From contig NC_083238.1 of the NCBI RefSeq assembly GCF_032191835.1, positions 27,156,001 to 27,220,000 on the forward strand: a stretch of DNA of 64,000 bases, written 5' to 3'. Shown piece by piece: positions 52,328-64,000 of the stretch. The notes below the pieces were generated by a model that made no database searches, had not been told where the DNA came from, and saw nothing but the letters and a program-made list of their open reading frames with translations. Position 1 is the stretch's first letter, and each line of letters opens with the position of its first letter. Source of the stretch: Heteronotia binoei. Its lineage: Eukaryota. Both the position numbers and the translations under genes were made by a program.

Positions 52328-52639
52328 GAGAAAATTAACTCCTCTGGCCTGTGGGGGAGGGGGGGGCTTTATGCTGCTTTCTGGTCGTGATTGATTTATG
52401 AATCTTCAAGCGGACTTCTGATATTTCTAGTCCACAGTGTGCCACAAGCACATGATTACCTCCTGTCCGCATTTGAATTGTTTCAAAGAGGAACAAAAGC
52501 CTGTGCATACAGGATCATTTCACCTGTTATGATTATAACTTAACATCTCATTAGGGACTATTCACAGGGCTGGAATCACAAAGCAGGAACAGCCTTCCTA
52601 TTTCTGGGTAGCATCGTACAGCATTTTCTCTGTGTTTTG

Positions 52640-52872
52640 CATAGTTGATTTCTCTCCCCCCCCCCCACCCCACACACCTCCATTTTAAATTTTCATTTTG
52701 TTTGCCCAGAACTGGATGCAGGGAGGAGGGGGAAGAGGGAGAACGCTCATTCCAGAGGATGCCAGGATGTCTCCTCTCTGATTGGCTGACCACAGCTCAA
52801 TGGCTGGCGGAAGCAGCAGCAAAGCTTTTAGTCTGTCTTGATGGAGCTGAAAGAGCAGAATCCAGATCACAG
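52640..52872 (+). promoter_or_regulatory. Probable promoter and non-coding first exon of the next + strand gene (CSRNP3 by synteny, inferred)
   Basis: Repeat-free GA-rich block; inverted CCAAT box ctgATTGGctg at 52781; donor CAG|GTAACG at 52872/52873. Confidence 0.45.
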
Positions 52873-55813
52873 GTAACGGTGGGGGCTGAGGGGGAGAGGG
52901 GGAGGCGAGAGGCCTTTGTTTGATTGCTACAGGTCTTGGAATATTGTCTGTGGGCTAAAAATACTTGTTTAGACTTGTGTCATCTGTAGTCTTTCTTGTG
53001 TTGGAGTGTTTCTCCCCCCCCCCCCCCACCTCATCTATATCTCTCTTCCAGTAAGAAATCCATAAACAGTAAAATCTGAAGCACACGTAAATCTCTCTGG
53101 CAACTTTCTCAGGCAAACGCTGAATAGCTGGTCTTAAGCAAAGATGGAACCATTAAGGCATGCAGATAATGAGGTGCCTGATAGCAAAGCTTTTTGCTCA
53201 ACCAGAGAGAGGGCAGTCTCAGTGAAAAGACAAGGTTGGGAAATCAAAGGAGGTTTTGGCCTAGGGAAGAAAGAGGCATCAGCTAGTTCAGCTTTCGGTC
53301 TAAGGGTGTGAGTTTTATTTAGGCTGTTAACTCACAGTGCATTCAAAACAGAGTTAGATCCTTACAAGCCCGTTAACACCCTTCTGGGTGTAACTCTGCT
53401 CAGGACTGTTAGAAACGTATATTTCTGTAGAACGATTTCACAGTGGTTTCAATGTATTTTGGAGCACTGTGAGCTACCACATATCTCTTGGTTTACAGGA
53501 CAGACAAAATATAATCCTTTTGGAGTTCAGTCCTTTGAAGAATTACTTTGGTCTAAGTTCACTGCTGTTAGTGGGCCTAGACTGGAGGAACTGCACAGGA
53601 TTGTACCATAGTGTTGCCAGGTCTGTGTTGAAAAATACCTGGAGACTTTGGGGGTGGAGCTGGGGGAGGGGAGGGTTTGGGGTGGGGAGGGGAGGGGCCT
53701 CAGCAGGGTGCAGTGCCATAGAGTCCACCCTTCAAAGCAGCCATTTTCTCCAGGGGAGCTGATCTCTGCCAGCTGGAGATCAATTGTAAAAGCGAGATCT
53801 CCGGGCCCCACCTGGAGGCTGGCAACCCTAGACACCCTATTCAAAATGAGCCTTTGAGTATCCAGTGTACAGTCTAGTGACATGGATCACTATGGATTTG
53901 AAATGTCACAGATATGCCAGTGGCTTATGCTGACAGTAAATTTATGTGCATGCTTCAGTCTGTCAGTGTAACACTGGTTGTACTCCTTTGCAAAGATTAC
54001 CATGAACAGTAGTACACAATGCTGCATCTTTAACTGTGTTATTCTGCAGCTATTACGGCGATCAGGTCAAATGCTGGCCTAGATAGCTTCTCTAGGGAGA
54101 ACTGCCAACTCTTCATATTTTTTTTTCCTGCTGGCAGTGCTCCAGGGAGAATTTGTCATGTAAGAAACAAATACAGAGTACCAAATTTGTAAGCAGGTTG
54201 CCTGCAAACGTGACATCTTCGCTGTAATGGATTGGTTATTAAAAGTTGTTGGCAAAACATTAATGCATCCTGTTTTGCTTTTAGAGAAACAGGTGTTTAA
54301 GTTAATTGTAAAATAGAAAAAGGTGAAGTTGGGTGTCTGTGTAATGGCAGTCAGTATTGAAATCTGTGCTTTTCTCAGCTAACATTTTTCATGGGAAACT
54401 GTAACCTGTCATAGAAAGGAGCACTGTGCTGGATGGATGCGTTCTTTAAGTATAACTACATAAAATGCTGAGAAACAGCAAAGGCCATATACAAGATGAA
54501 TACACAATATGTTGGCATGGTGTATCATCATCATCTCACATTCTAATAGCTACCCACGGCCCCCACCTGCTGATAGCTAAATCTGCAGATCGGGGCCACA
54601 TGGAGGCTAAAGAGATTTTTCTGCACTCTTGGGGAACTCTCCAGGTTTGCAGAAAAATCCTAAATGTTTAAATTTCCCCCCAAATAAAGAAAAACCTTTA
54701 AAAATGTTGCCTGAACAGACAACCCACTTACTTTTTTCTGCAGTGGCAATTTTTTTTTTTTACAGCTGGCCACAGCGACAGTGCAGACTGGGAGCTGTTC
54801 TGGATTTGGCAGCATTGGAGCCCAGTGGCGGGTGCAGGGAGTTACTTAGGACACAGTTGCAGCTTCAGCTGCTTGGGGCCCAGCTGCCATGGCAGCATTC
54901 AGGAGGAGATGCTCTGGGCTTGGCCATGGTTTCTTGGAGCTGCCTGGACTCAGCCACAGTGCAGGCAGACCCCATGAGCCACTCGGGGCTCACCACAAGC
55001 CGCTCCAGGCTCACAGCAGCTCACAGGCATTGCTGCTGTGGTCAGGCTTCAATGTGAGCACAAGCTCATCAATGGGAAGAGATGGGAGTTTTGTGGAATC
55101 CCCCTTGAATATTCTAATAGCCAAGTCAGCCAAACCTGAGGATACTTACATCCAGACACTGGACCAATGAATGGACAGGATAGGTCTTTTTATAAACCAG
55201 AAAAAAAACTGAAATCTACAAACAAAAGACATTAAGGCAGTCAAAAACCCCCAAATGGTAAAAAGAGTGCCTGTAGTTTTAAGAAACTAATTCCCACAAC
55301 AGGCTTTGTTTCTTTCAGTAAAAGGCAAGGGGAGTATTCTTTCCAGGGATATTTTGGCCTTTGAGGGAGGGTCATTTCTGGCAGTAACTTGCTACCACCC
55401 AACTTGCATGACATGTAGGCCTGGCTGCATGAATGTCTATGTGGTGTTGTGGTTAGACTTTCAGACTAGGACCTAGAATTGCCATTGTGCTGTGGAAACT
55501 CACGGTGTGACCATGGGCCAGTTACAGATTCTTAGCTTAATTTACCTCAGACAGGGGAAATGGCCATTGAGAGCCCCTGGATATCTCCTGGTGGACTGAT
55601 GGCCTCCCACCCACACCTGGGCCCATCCCACTCAACCATCACACAAGATGGCAGAGACAGCACCCAGCCGTGGAAAGAGAACAACTTTAAATGCATTCTC
55701 CAAGCTACCACTGGCTTGGCTTGGATAAGCGATTTAGAGATACTTAAAGAGGCAAATGCCTTCTCCAAGCTGGCTGATGGGGGGTGGGATGGGCTTTGAG
55801 AGAGCCACACAAT

Positions 55814-56099
55814 GGGCGTTTTCGCACTGACCTTACGCCGGAGCGACGTCCCTCTTCACCACGCAGCGTCTGCGCGGATTTCGCACTAATTGCTCCGCAG
55901 AACCCGGAAGAGCCGCAAAGTCCCACGGCTTTTGCGTCACAAATGTAAACCACCAAAAACCAGTTTACATTTGCGACGCAAAAGCCGCGGGACTTTGCGG
56001 CTCTTCCGGGTTCTGCGGAGCAATTAGTGCGAAATCCGCACAGACGCTGCGCGGTGAAGAGGGACGTCGCTCCGGCGTAAGGTCAGTGCGAAAACGCCC
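55814..56099. mobile_element. Palindromic MITE nested in a hAT-Charlie derivative
   Basis: Same TIR; TSD AAT. Confidence 0.85.
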
Positions 56100-57454
56100 A
56101 ATATGTGTGAAAGAGCCACATGTGGCTCCTGAGACACAGTTTGGCCACCTCTGTACTGGACCAATGGAGTGCAGCAATTCATATGAAGGAGGATCTTTCA
56201 CTTGGATTTATTTCCCATAGATCAGTACCAACTAGACAGTGCTATCTTCACCCAAAGGTCTCAGTTAAAAGAGTTTCTGTCTGAGAGCAAAGTAGTACCA
56301 GGAATATTGTTGGATGTCACAGCAGACAGTAGTAGAAAAAGGCGGACCGGTAGTCTGACTAATCGTAAGTGCATAAATGCTAACATGTCAGAGATCATAT
56401 ACATTATGCATGAGAACATGCCAGCAGGGTGGATCTTTTTCATTCAAGCCTTAGACTTCATTAGGTTGCCAACTCTGAGTAGGGAAATTCCTGAAAATTT
56501 TGGGGGATGGAGCCCGGGACCGGGTGAGGTTTGGGAAGAAAGAGGAGGGAAGTCAGTAGGGTATAATGCCCCAGCGTCCACCCCCAAAGCAGCCATTTTC
56601 TCCAGGGGAACTGGCCTCTGTTATCTGAAGATCAGTTGTAATTCCAGGAGATCCCCAGACCCCACCTGGAAGATGGCAAACCTAGGCGCTACTTATTATG
56701 TAAAATGTTGTTCTGTACAGATACTGTGCCCGTTTTTAACTCAATATTATCCCATTAGTCTAAGTAAACATTGTATTATCTTGCATCTTAATGCGCATTC
56801 TTTGATTCCTCCCAGTGTTTTACAGACATGTCTCTAAAGAGAGTCATACCATTGAGTATTTCCTATGTTGCATGGTGTGCACACGCCCAACTCCTAAACC
56901 TGAGAACTTTGGGTAGAGATAATAGCTTGGTTGGTCCTGATCTGTGGGACAAACAGGAGTATCCTAGCACCAGAGTCTACAACCTATGGTATTAAAGCCA
57001 AATGTGGCTCAGTACAAAACCAAAAATGACTCTTTTAAAAAAAAGAAATTTAAATCTTTACATTAAGGTCTACTGGAGGGATAGGTGGGATGCTGGAATA
57101 GTCAGTGGGTGGAGGGAATGACAAAGAGTTTTATAAACTCAGGAGCTTCTTAGAGATATACTTTAAGAAAGGGTGATAAAGGTGAACTGTTGCCAGTAAT
57201 CTAGGTGGGAGCCACATGCAAATTTGTGTTGGTGCACTGAAACAATCATACAGGTTGTCCTGTGTATGCTTAAGACCTCGTGAGGTTTCTTAGTAAAGTT
57301 CTCACAACCACTGTTGGGATGGCAGAAACTTTATAAACTGATAATGAACCCGTCAATGATCAGCAATGTTAAATTGTCTGTTTCCCCTTATGCAAAAAGA
57401 CTTTCACCAGCTACCTTTAGGTTGATCTCTTGCTCTGAATGTTGCAAATAGTGT

Positions 57455-57705
57455 GGCTCTTTAGACCTGAGTTCGATCCCCGGTGGAAGCTGGGTTTTCA
57501 GGTAGCTGGTTCAAGATTGACTCAGCCTTCCATCCTTCCAAGGTCGGTAGAATGAGTACCCAGCTTGCTGGGGGGAAAGCGTAGATGACGGGAAGGCAAT
57601 GGCAAACCACCCCGTAAAAAGTCTGCCATGAAAACATTGTGAAAGCAACGTCACCCCAGAGTCGGAAACGACTGGTGCTTGCGCAGGGGACCTTTCCTTT
57701 TCCTT
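57455..57705 (+). mobile_element. Sauria-type SINE (3' fragments at ~49375-49470 + and ~10025-10085 -)
   Basis: B box GTTCGATCCC, GACTCAGCCTTCCATCC...GAGTACCCAGC body, CCTTT repeat tail. Confidence 0.75.
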
Positions 57706-59610
57706 AGTTACAGGTGTTTGCTGACTCCTGTCCTAAGGCCTGTTGTTACATTGCTTTGGTATAATCCTTATCTAGGTGCTACCCCTCTTCATTCTCCTTT
57801 GGGGAGTCGGTGACACAGCAGAAAGCAGCTCCTTAAATCTTATGCAAAAAAATGAGACAGGTCAACACAGGAGACTTCTACATGCCGTATGGCTTTAGCA
57901 TGACAGAGAAGTTCAGATACAAAATCTAAAGGGGCTGCCTTAATATGCTGCATGAATAATAATCAGTTCTGAATGACAGAAAACCTCGAAGTATGTGGTC
58001 TTATGGAAGGAAAGGTCTTTTCCAGGACTGCTATTGCAGTAGGGACTTTTAACTACTGAGGAAGGACTTTAAGCCTCAAACCTGGAGTCTTGTGAATATG
58101 AAGCTGCCACTTCCTCTCTCAGCAACAACATCTGCTGAGCTTAGAAAAGTATTTTTATTAGAAATACATTGCAAATCTCTGGGACCTTTCCCCCTCTCTA
58201 AGCATTGTCCCAGAGAGACTTTTTGCCATTTGCTTAATGCTATCTTAATGTTTACAAGCGCTGTCCAAGCCTTTTGCTCTTTTGTTGTCTTCCATAGTGT
58301 CCAATAAAAGAGGGAAGGCTGTTCTGTACTGCAAAGAAAGTCTGTACCAAAACCTCCCGCAAGCTTTATGCAGAAAGAATCATATATTTGGACAGAGAAA
58401 GGTTTTCTAAAATTCCCCAATTGGACTCTGGGTATTGACTCCAAATTTGACTCTGGACCCTAACAGAGCTGCATGTACTCTTAATTTTTTAAAATATACA
58501 TATGAAAAATTGTACCTGGGTAATCCAAATTTTAGCAGAGAAAGCTGGAACCTATATTGATTATGCAAAGCTTGTGTATTTACATATCCAGTAATGTTCA
58601 CTTTTTTAGTTTGTCATAGGAAGGGCCAAAGCTCTGCTTCCAATTCCAACTAGCCAATTAAGACCCACTTCTGATTTCTAAAATTTTATCAATTGCTTTC
58701 AAGCTTATCTGGAAGAAATCATAAGGATTAGGTTTATGTAGGTTAAAAAAAAAAAAGGACAAATGATTCTGTGCCTAGGCAGAAGTTTTAGATAGTCTGT
58801 GCAGATTTGCCATCAAGAAGCTACCTACAAGGATGAATAAATGCTTCAAATCATGGTATCAGACTACATTCAAACCCTAGCCTGAAACCAGTTCAGAGAG
58901 GGTTTTTTGTTGTTGCTGTTGTTTGATTCTTATTGTTCTTTTTTGAACCAGAACTGAACCTTAACATTTCTTCGTGGTCTTGAACTTAAATCTGTTGGAA
59001 GTACCTGGTGTGATGTCCCTGTGCCTCAGATCTCCAGAAGCAAGTGACCACAGAGTATGCGGGACAGTCAGGCACACACTAATCTCCTTCCTGTTTACTC
59101 TCTGTTGCCACAGTCTCCCTTTGAGATGCAGATGAGCACTCCTAGGGAAGAGCAACTTCCTTCCTCTTCTCTTGCTCTCTCCTTCCTTCCACTCACACAA
59201 GATGGGTCTGTAGGATGCTCCTCTCTGCATTCCCCATCTGCCAGGTAGATAGTATAGGATGTTTCTCGATCTCTTACCTTGCACTCAGACATGTATTTCT
59301 AGAATAAAGTGGGTATTGTTTTGTTTCATCTTGAAACAGTGGCTTTGTGTAACTTTGCAACCACATGGTCTGTTCTGATCAATACAAGCACCTCTGCGTT
59401 AAAGCCTCATGAATTCTTCTAACTAAAGAAGAATCTGGACCACCAGAACCAGTACCTTTCCCTGCAAAATCAGTACTAAACCCAGCTTAAGTCAGGTTTA
59501 AATAGGGCTGCCAAGCCTTTGGTGAAGGTGGGGGATCCCCTGTCCCCAGGTCTTGTTGCCTGTTGCCTCTGGGAGTGGAAGCAGGAAAAAAATATATAAA
59601 AATAAGGCTT

Positions 59611-59734
59611 CATCTACTTACAGGAAGTTCTTAACATAGAGTTCCTACCAATTCCCAGAGCTACCCAGAAGTGGGAAAAGGTAGCTCTAGGAATCATCAG
59701 GAACTCTATGGTAAGAACTTCCTGTAAGTAGATG
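59611..59734. repeat. Stem-loop with a 36-bp arm (1 mismatch), probably a MITE
   Basis: CATCTACTTACAGGAAGTTCTT...AAGAACTTCCTGTAAGTAGATG, plus inner AGAGCTACC/GGTAGCTCT. Confidence 0.8.
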
Positions 59735-60595
59735 AGGCAACCCAAAGTTTAAGAAGAAAAAAACTTGGCACCTGAAATTGCTGTTGTTTGACTGCATGAT
59801 CAGTCCAGCACAGGCCTGTAGTTGGGAAATTTTCAGTGGGGGGCACTGAGGAAAGTGTTAGGGCCCCCCAAAAGCCCCAGATGTGTCTTTGTGGGGGGAG
59901 GGAAGCCATTTCTCAGCCCACACTCTCTAGCTGCCTTCTTTAGTGGTGAGGCTCATGGATCCTCCTTCTCCTCCTTCTCTTTCTCCTCCTTGTGCAGAAT
60001 TGATTTTGCTACTCAGCCGCTGCTCTTTTCTAAGCCCACAGAAAAGCAGGGTGGACGAGGCCCCCTTTGGTAGTTGAAATGTGTCTCACAGCAGATTGTA
60101 GGAGATGGGAACGGCAGCAGGTCTCCTCTGTGCTTGGCCTAGGAAAGGCTCCGTGGCACTCAGACTGGCCAGGCACTTCTGTGAATTGACACATACTCCC
60201 AGATAGCCAGCCAGTGGGGCTGTTGGCAGGCAGGGAAGTTGCCCTGCCCTGGAAGGGCTGGAGGATGTGGATGCTGCCAGGGTTGCTCATGCCTTGAGCA
60301 AGCTGCACTTGGGGAAGGGGTGGGGACAGGGGAGCTCTCCAGGCTGCCCTGAGAGCAGTGGGATGCCACTGAATGGGAAGTCAGGGCTGAATTTGGGGGG
60401 CCTTGGCAGTAAGTCAGAAAGCCAGGCCCCAAGAGGCCCCTCTGTAGCTGTGGGCCTGGTCCAGTAATTGTTTATATCTGTGAAAGCTCCAGTATTCACA
60501 TAGAACTCCTCCGTTTGCAGATCTTTTCTGTTCATTTGATTGCATGCCGTGGGATGTCCACATAAATCTTCTTCCACTGAAATAAAGAAGTCAAA

Positions 60596-60735
60596 GGCCA
60601 CAATCACACACACTGAATAATGCACTTTTAGTGTGCTTTCCAGCTCAATTTTATTGTGTGAACTGGCGAAATCCAGTTGGAAAGTGCACTGAAAGTAGAT
60701 TGAGAGTGCATTATTTAGCGTGTGTGATCATAGCC
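60596..60735. mobile_element. Older ~140-bp palindromic MITE
   Basis: GGCCACAATCACACAC...TGTGTGATCATAGCC imperfect inverted arms; AAA flanks. Confidence 0.6.
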
Positions 60736-61539
60736 AAAGTCACTTACTTTTAGTTTCAAGTACATTAATAATGTTGTCCTGACAATTCAATTTATGTGCG
60801 GTACCGCTATTCATTCATTAGCTAGCTTTTCTTATTTTACATGCTACCTCCAACAACCACAGGAAAAGGTACCCATGCTAGATTTTGCTTTACTCTGCCC
60901 CTGTGGTTAGATTATGGCATGGCGAGCGATAATCTGCCAGCGTATTATCTCTACATGCACGATCACCGGTATTTCCTTCAACATTCACTTTGTTTACTTC
61001 ATTTACACCCTTCCCATTCTCTCCACTGGGGACCCGAATCCGTTTACATTGTACTCTGCTCCATTTTCTCCTTACAACATTTCCTCTTCAAAAAGGAATG
61101 GCCCAAATGTGATAAGGTAACACCCCAATTTATACAAAGCTTAGCGGGGAAATGATGAGTGGAGAAGTAAGAAGTGCTTCAGCTAGAATGCATCTCTTCA
61201 CAGGTAACCTGAAAAATGACCAGAGGGTGGGGGAATTGAAATTGTAAATCTGCCTTTCTGCATGGCCCTCAGTTTATTTAAAGTGTGATACAAGTGTATT
61301 TGAACCTACATTTCTGTCTCTCACATACGCACTCAAAAGTTCAAAGAATAAGAGGAAGAGTGAAAAGGTTCAAAAGCACTTAACTTGTGCATGCAAAATC
61401 TGAATTCTTCGTGTATAGCAGGATAGTGAAATCTGTTTCACTCCATAGCTTGAAATACACCCTTTAAAAAATCCTGGAGACCACATGTTGTATGCAGACT
61501 AAACTGGCAGTTTCCACTGATTGCCCCTTCCCTTCACAG

Positions 61540-61733
61540 ACCTCCCTCATGGCATTCCTGTTAGGATTTACAGCACATCAGGTAATGTGAAGGCGAAGTT
61601 TTCTTTGTTCATTGTTTGGTGTGAGGATGCTAATTTGCATCTCTTTTTCAGTTGTGAGCCAGCCGCTTCCCTTCTTCTGTTTTATGCTGTACCACGCAGT
61701 CCATTAGTTATCACTCCGTAAAATAGTTCCCCG
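61540..61733 (+). other. Candidate 5'UTR exon pair (61540-61581 and 61652-61733)
   Basis: Two branch point + pyrimidine tract + CAG acceptors and two donors (CAG|gtaatg, CCG|gtaacg) in repeat-free DNA. Confidence 0.35.
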
Positions 61734-62012
61734 GTAACGTTTAAAAGTTTTTGTTTTACGCAGAATATTGGGTGATTTGTATAATATGCTTCTAAGAATA
61801 TAAGAATTATCTAACAAGTCCTCAGGGATTCTCTATCAACCTGGAGCAGCATTTTGGGGAGATCTGTAGGGTGCAGTGGAAGGGTAGACACAGTAAAGTT
61901 CAAGTTCTTGCCACAGAAAAATTTAGCCTCAATCCAGCTGCAGAGATTGCTAGCCCAGTTCTAATTAGGCTCTAGTTTGAAGACAACTTGTTGAAGCTGA
62001 ACAAGACTGGGA

Positions 62013-62200
62013 GGGGCCAAGGCTCAGCGGTCAGTCATCTGCTTGGCATGCGGAAGGTCTCAGGTTCAATCCTCAGCATCTCCAGTTAAAGGATCTGGCA
62101 GTAGGTGATGTGAAAGACCTCTGCCTTGAGACCTGGAGATCCACTGCCAGTCTGAGTAGACAAAACTGACTTTGAGGGACCAGTAGAAGGCATCTTCCTG
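62013..62200 (+). mobile_element. SINE with tRNA-Ala-like head
   Basis: GGGGCCAAGGCTCAGCGG...GGTTCAATCCTCAGCATCTCCA followed by a non-tRNA body. Confidence 0.65.
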
Positions 62201-62442
62201 TGTTTATGGTGTGGTCAGTGCCTGGATGAGATAAAGACTTCATGCCACCACGAGTTCCCAAAGAAAGGAAGTCAATAAATAACCGCATAATATGGTAAGA
62301 ATATTGCATATGTGTGGAAGTTTATGGGATGTTATCATTTGACGGTGTACTAAATACACTGGGAGAATATTTCCTTCCACAGTTGTAGAGGTGGGGGTTG
62401 GGGGGGGGGGTTAGCACAAAAAGCAGAAAAGTGGCTTTAGGA

Positions 62443-62834
62443 AGGGGTGGCCAAACCGTGGCTCTTTTTCACATATTGTGTGGTTCTTGAAGCCCCCACC
62501 ACCTCATTGGCTGGCTTGGAGAAGGCATTTGTCTCTTCAATCACTTCTCTAAGCCAGGCCAGCTGGCAGCTTGGAGAATACATTTAAAGTTAAAGTTGCT
62601 TTCTTTCCACTCCTNNNNNNNNNNNNNNNNNNNNNNNNNNNNNNNNNNNNNNNNNNNNNNNNNNNNNNNNNNNNNNNNNNNNNNNNNNNNNNNNNNNNNN
62701 NNNNNNNNNNNNNNNNNNNNNNNNNNNNNNNNNNNNNNNNNNNNNNNNNNNNTCTGATGTTCATGTCTTGTGGCTCTCAAACATCTGCATTTATTCTTTG
62801 TGTCTCTTATGTTAAGCAAGTTTGGCCACCCCTG
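62443..62834. mobile_element. hAT-Charlie-type element spanning the assembly gap; reverse-oriented relative at ~55660-56153
   Basis: AGGGGTGGCCAAAC...GTTTGGCCACCCCTG; internal similarity to 55660-56153. Confidence 0.75.
62615..62752. other. Assembly gap (138 N)
   Basis: Run of N. Confidence 1.
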
Positions 62835-64000
62835 CTCTAGAACTTTTTCTCCTAGGACTTTGTCACATATAGCTGTAAACAAAGTACACTGATTACAACT
62901 TAAAGTTTGCTTTCAACAAACAAAAAAAAGCACCCAAAATATCCAGAAAACTAAGCATTTTGCCATTGGGGTAGTTTTTCTACCCCAAATCCATTAACTA
63001 TATTGGGGTTTAAAAAATGCTTCAGGAGTACATTAAGAAGACAGGGAACTATTTTAAAGCATTGTGGTGGGATACAGCACTTCATGACCACCTGAATGCC
63101 CTTCTTGACTCTCTCTAAGCTGTGGAGGCTTGTGAGCAAATATTCTGCTTTCTGAGCTACTGGCATTAAAGCTGTGAGTGAGCAATTTGGCTACTGCATA
63201 AATTTGTTAAATCTGAGGCCATCCTTCTTGAAACAAAAATGTGTGAGCCAGCAGCTAAAAAAAACACCTGTGAGCTTGTTCACACTAACTCAGTTTAGAG
63301 GGAGTACTCTTCCTGACCACCTAGAGAATATTCACCTCTTCATTGATGGAGGACAAAGAAGAATGTTGTCATCACCCTTTTCCCTGCATTTCCTTGAATC
63401 ATATCCAAATTTCTAGAAAATTTAAAAGATCTTTTCTCTTATTCCTGCTTATAATGGTCATAATGATATATTTAAGTATCCAGCGCCACATGAATCACAG
63501 CATCAGCCTTTTCCCCACCTCTAACAACTCACAAGCAATCTATCCAACTCAGCTCTCCTGAATGTCCAATTGCAATGAGCAGGGTTTGCGTGGGAGTCTT
63601 GCGCTGACGGACTGCACCAGCAGCTCCAGTAATCAAGAGAAATTGGTAGAAACAGATCTTAGTTCAACACATATTTCAATTATTCCGTTTCCTTGGAAAC
63701 CTGGTGCAGATGGATTTGCCTTTCTATGGCTAAAAATATCTATCGAGCCCCTTTTTATGATAACAAAGAACAGGAGAGATGCAGAATGAGACTAGGTACA
63801 GCACTGCAGCACTATTTTTTTAATATTTTTTTTTAGTTCTCTAATAACTGAGGTATTCTGTGTGAACTGGAGACCTGTAATTTCTTATCCAGCGTAGCTT
63901 TTCCCTGCTGGCAAGCATTCACCAGACTTGTGGAACAAAGATAAGCCCACCAGCTTTGCCTGCAATTCCTACTGGGGGGGGGGGGGGGCAGTGTTTGTGT

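Noticed and set aside
56202-56837. 211-aa ORF
   Set aside because: The second half is a hAT-derived repeat; no domain similarity
62013-62085. Apparent tRNA-Ala gene (and tRNA-like SINE heads elsewhere)
   Set aside because: Broken cloverleaf, and continues into a SINE body
62541-62882. ORFs spanning the N run
   Set aside because: Created by the assembly gap
52873-64000. CSRNP3 coding exon
   Set aside because: No MSGILKRK-like or cysteine/serine-rich frame found; ATGAGTGGAGAAG at ~61155 does not continue as CSRNP3

Overview
Vertebrate (squamate, very probably gecko, judging by its repeat families) genomic DNA. 1-28.7 kb holds the 3' half of a + strand voltage-gated sodium channel alpha-subunit gene whose peptide best matches Nav1.2/SCN2A. 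Ten coding exons run from the DII-DIII linker to the C-terminus, all with the exon sizes and phases expected for SCN genes. One intron is the rare AT-AC type (22912-23911). A ~2.3 kb 3'UTR ends at AATAAA 28695. The rest is TE-rich intergenic/intronic DNA. It has a probable promoter and non-coding first exon at ~52.7-52.9 kb and a possible 5'UTR exon pair at ~61.5-61.7 kb; by amniote synteny these could belong to CSRNP3, but no CSRNP3 coding sequence is visible. Repeats: CR1, L2-like, RTE-X-like and Penelope-like retroelement remnants; tRNA-, 5S- and Sauria-type SINEs; several non-autonomous hAT families with 8-bp TSDs; and a young, CpG-rich ~286-bp palindromic MITE with 3-bp TSDs. I found no evidence for a wholly new biological system. 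The best leads are a TSD-flanked CR1 insertion 19 nt from the acceptor of the selectivity-filter exon, a palindromic MITE with mirrored arm variants, a Penelope-derived hairpin with two minimal hammerhead motifs, candidate poison exons, and the AT-AC intron. There is an assembly gap at 62615-62752.
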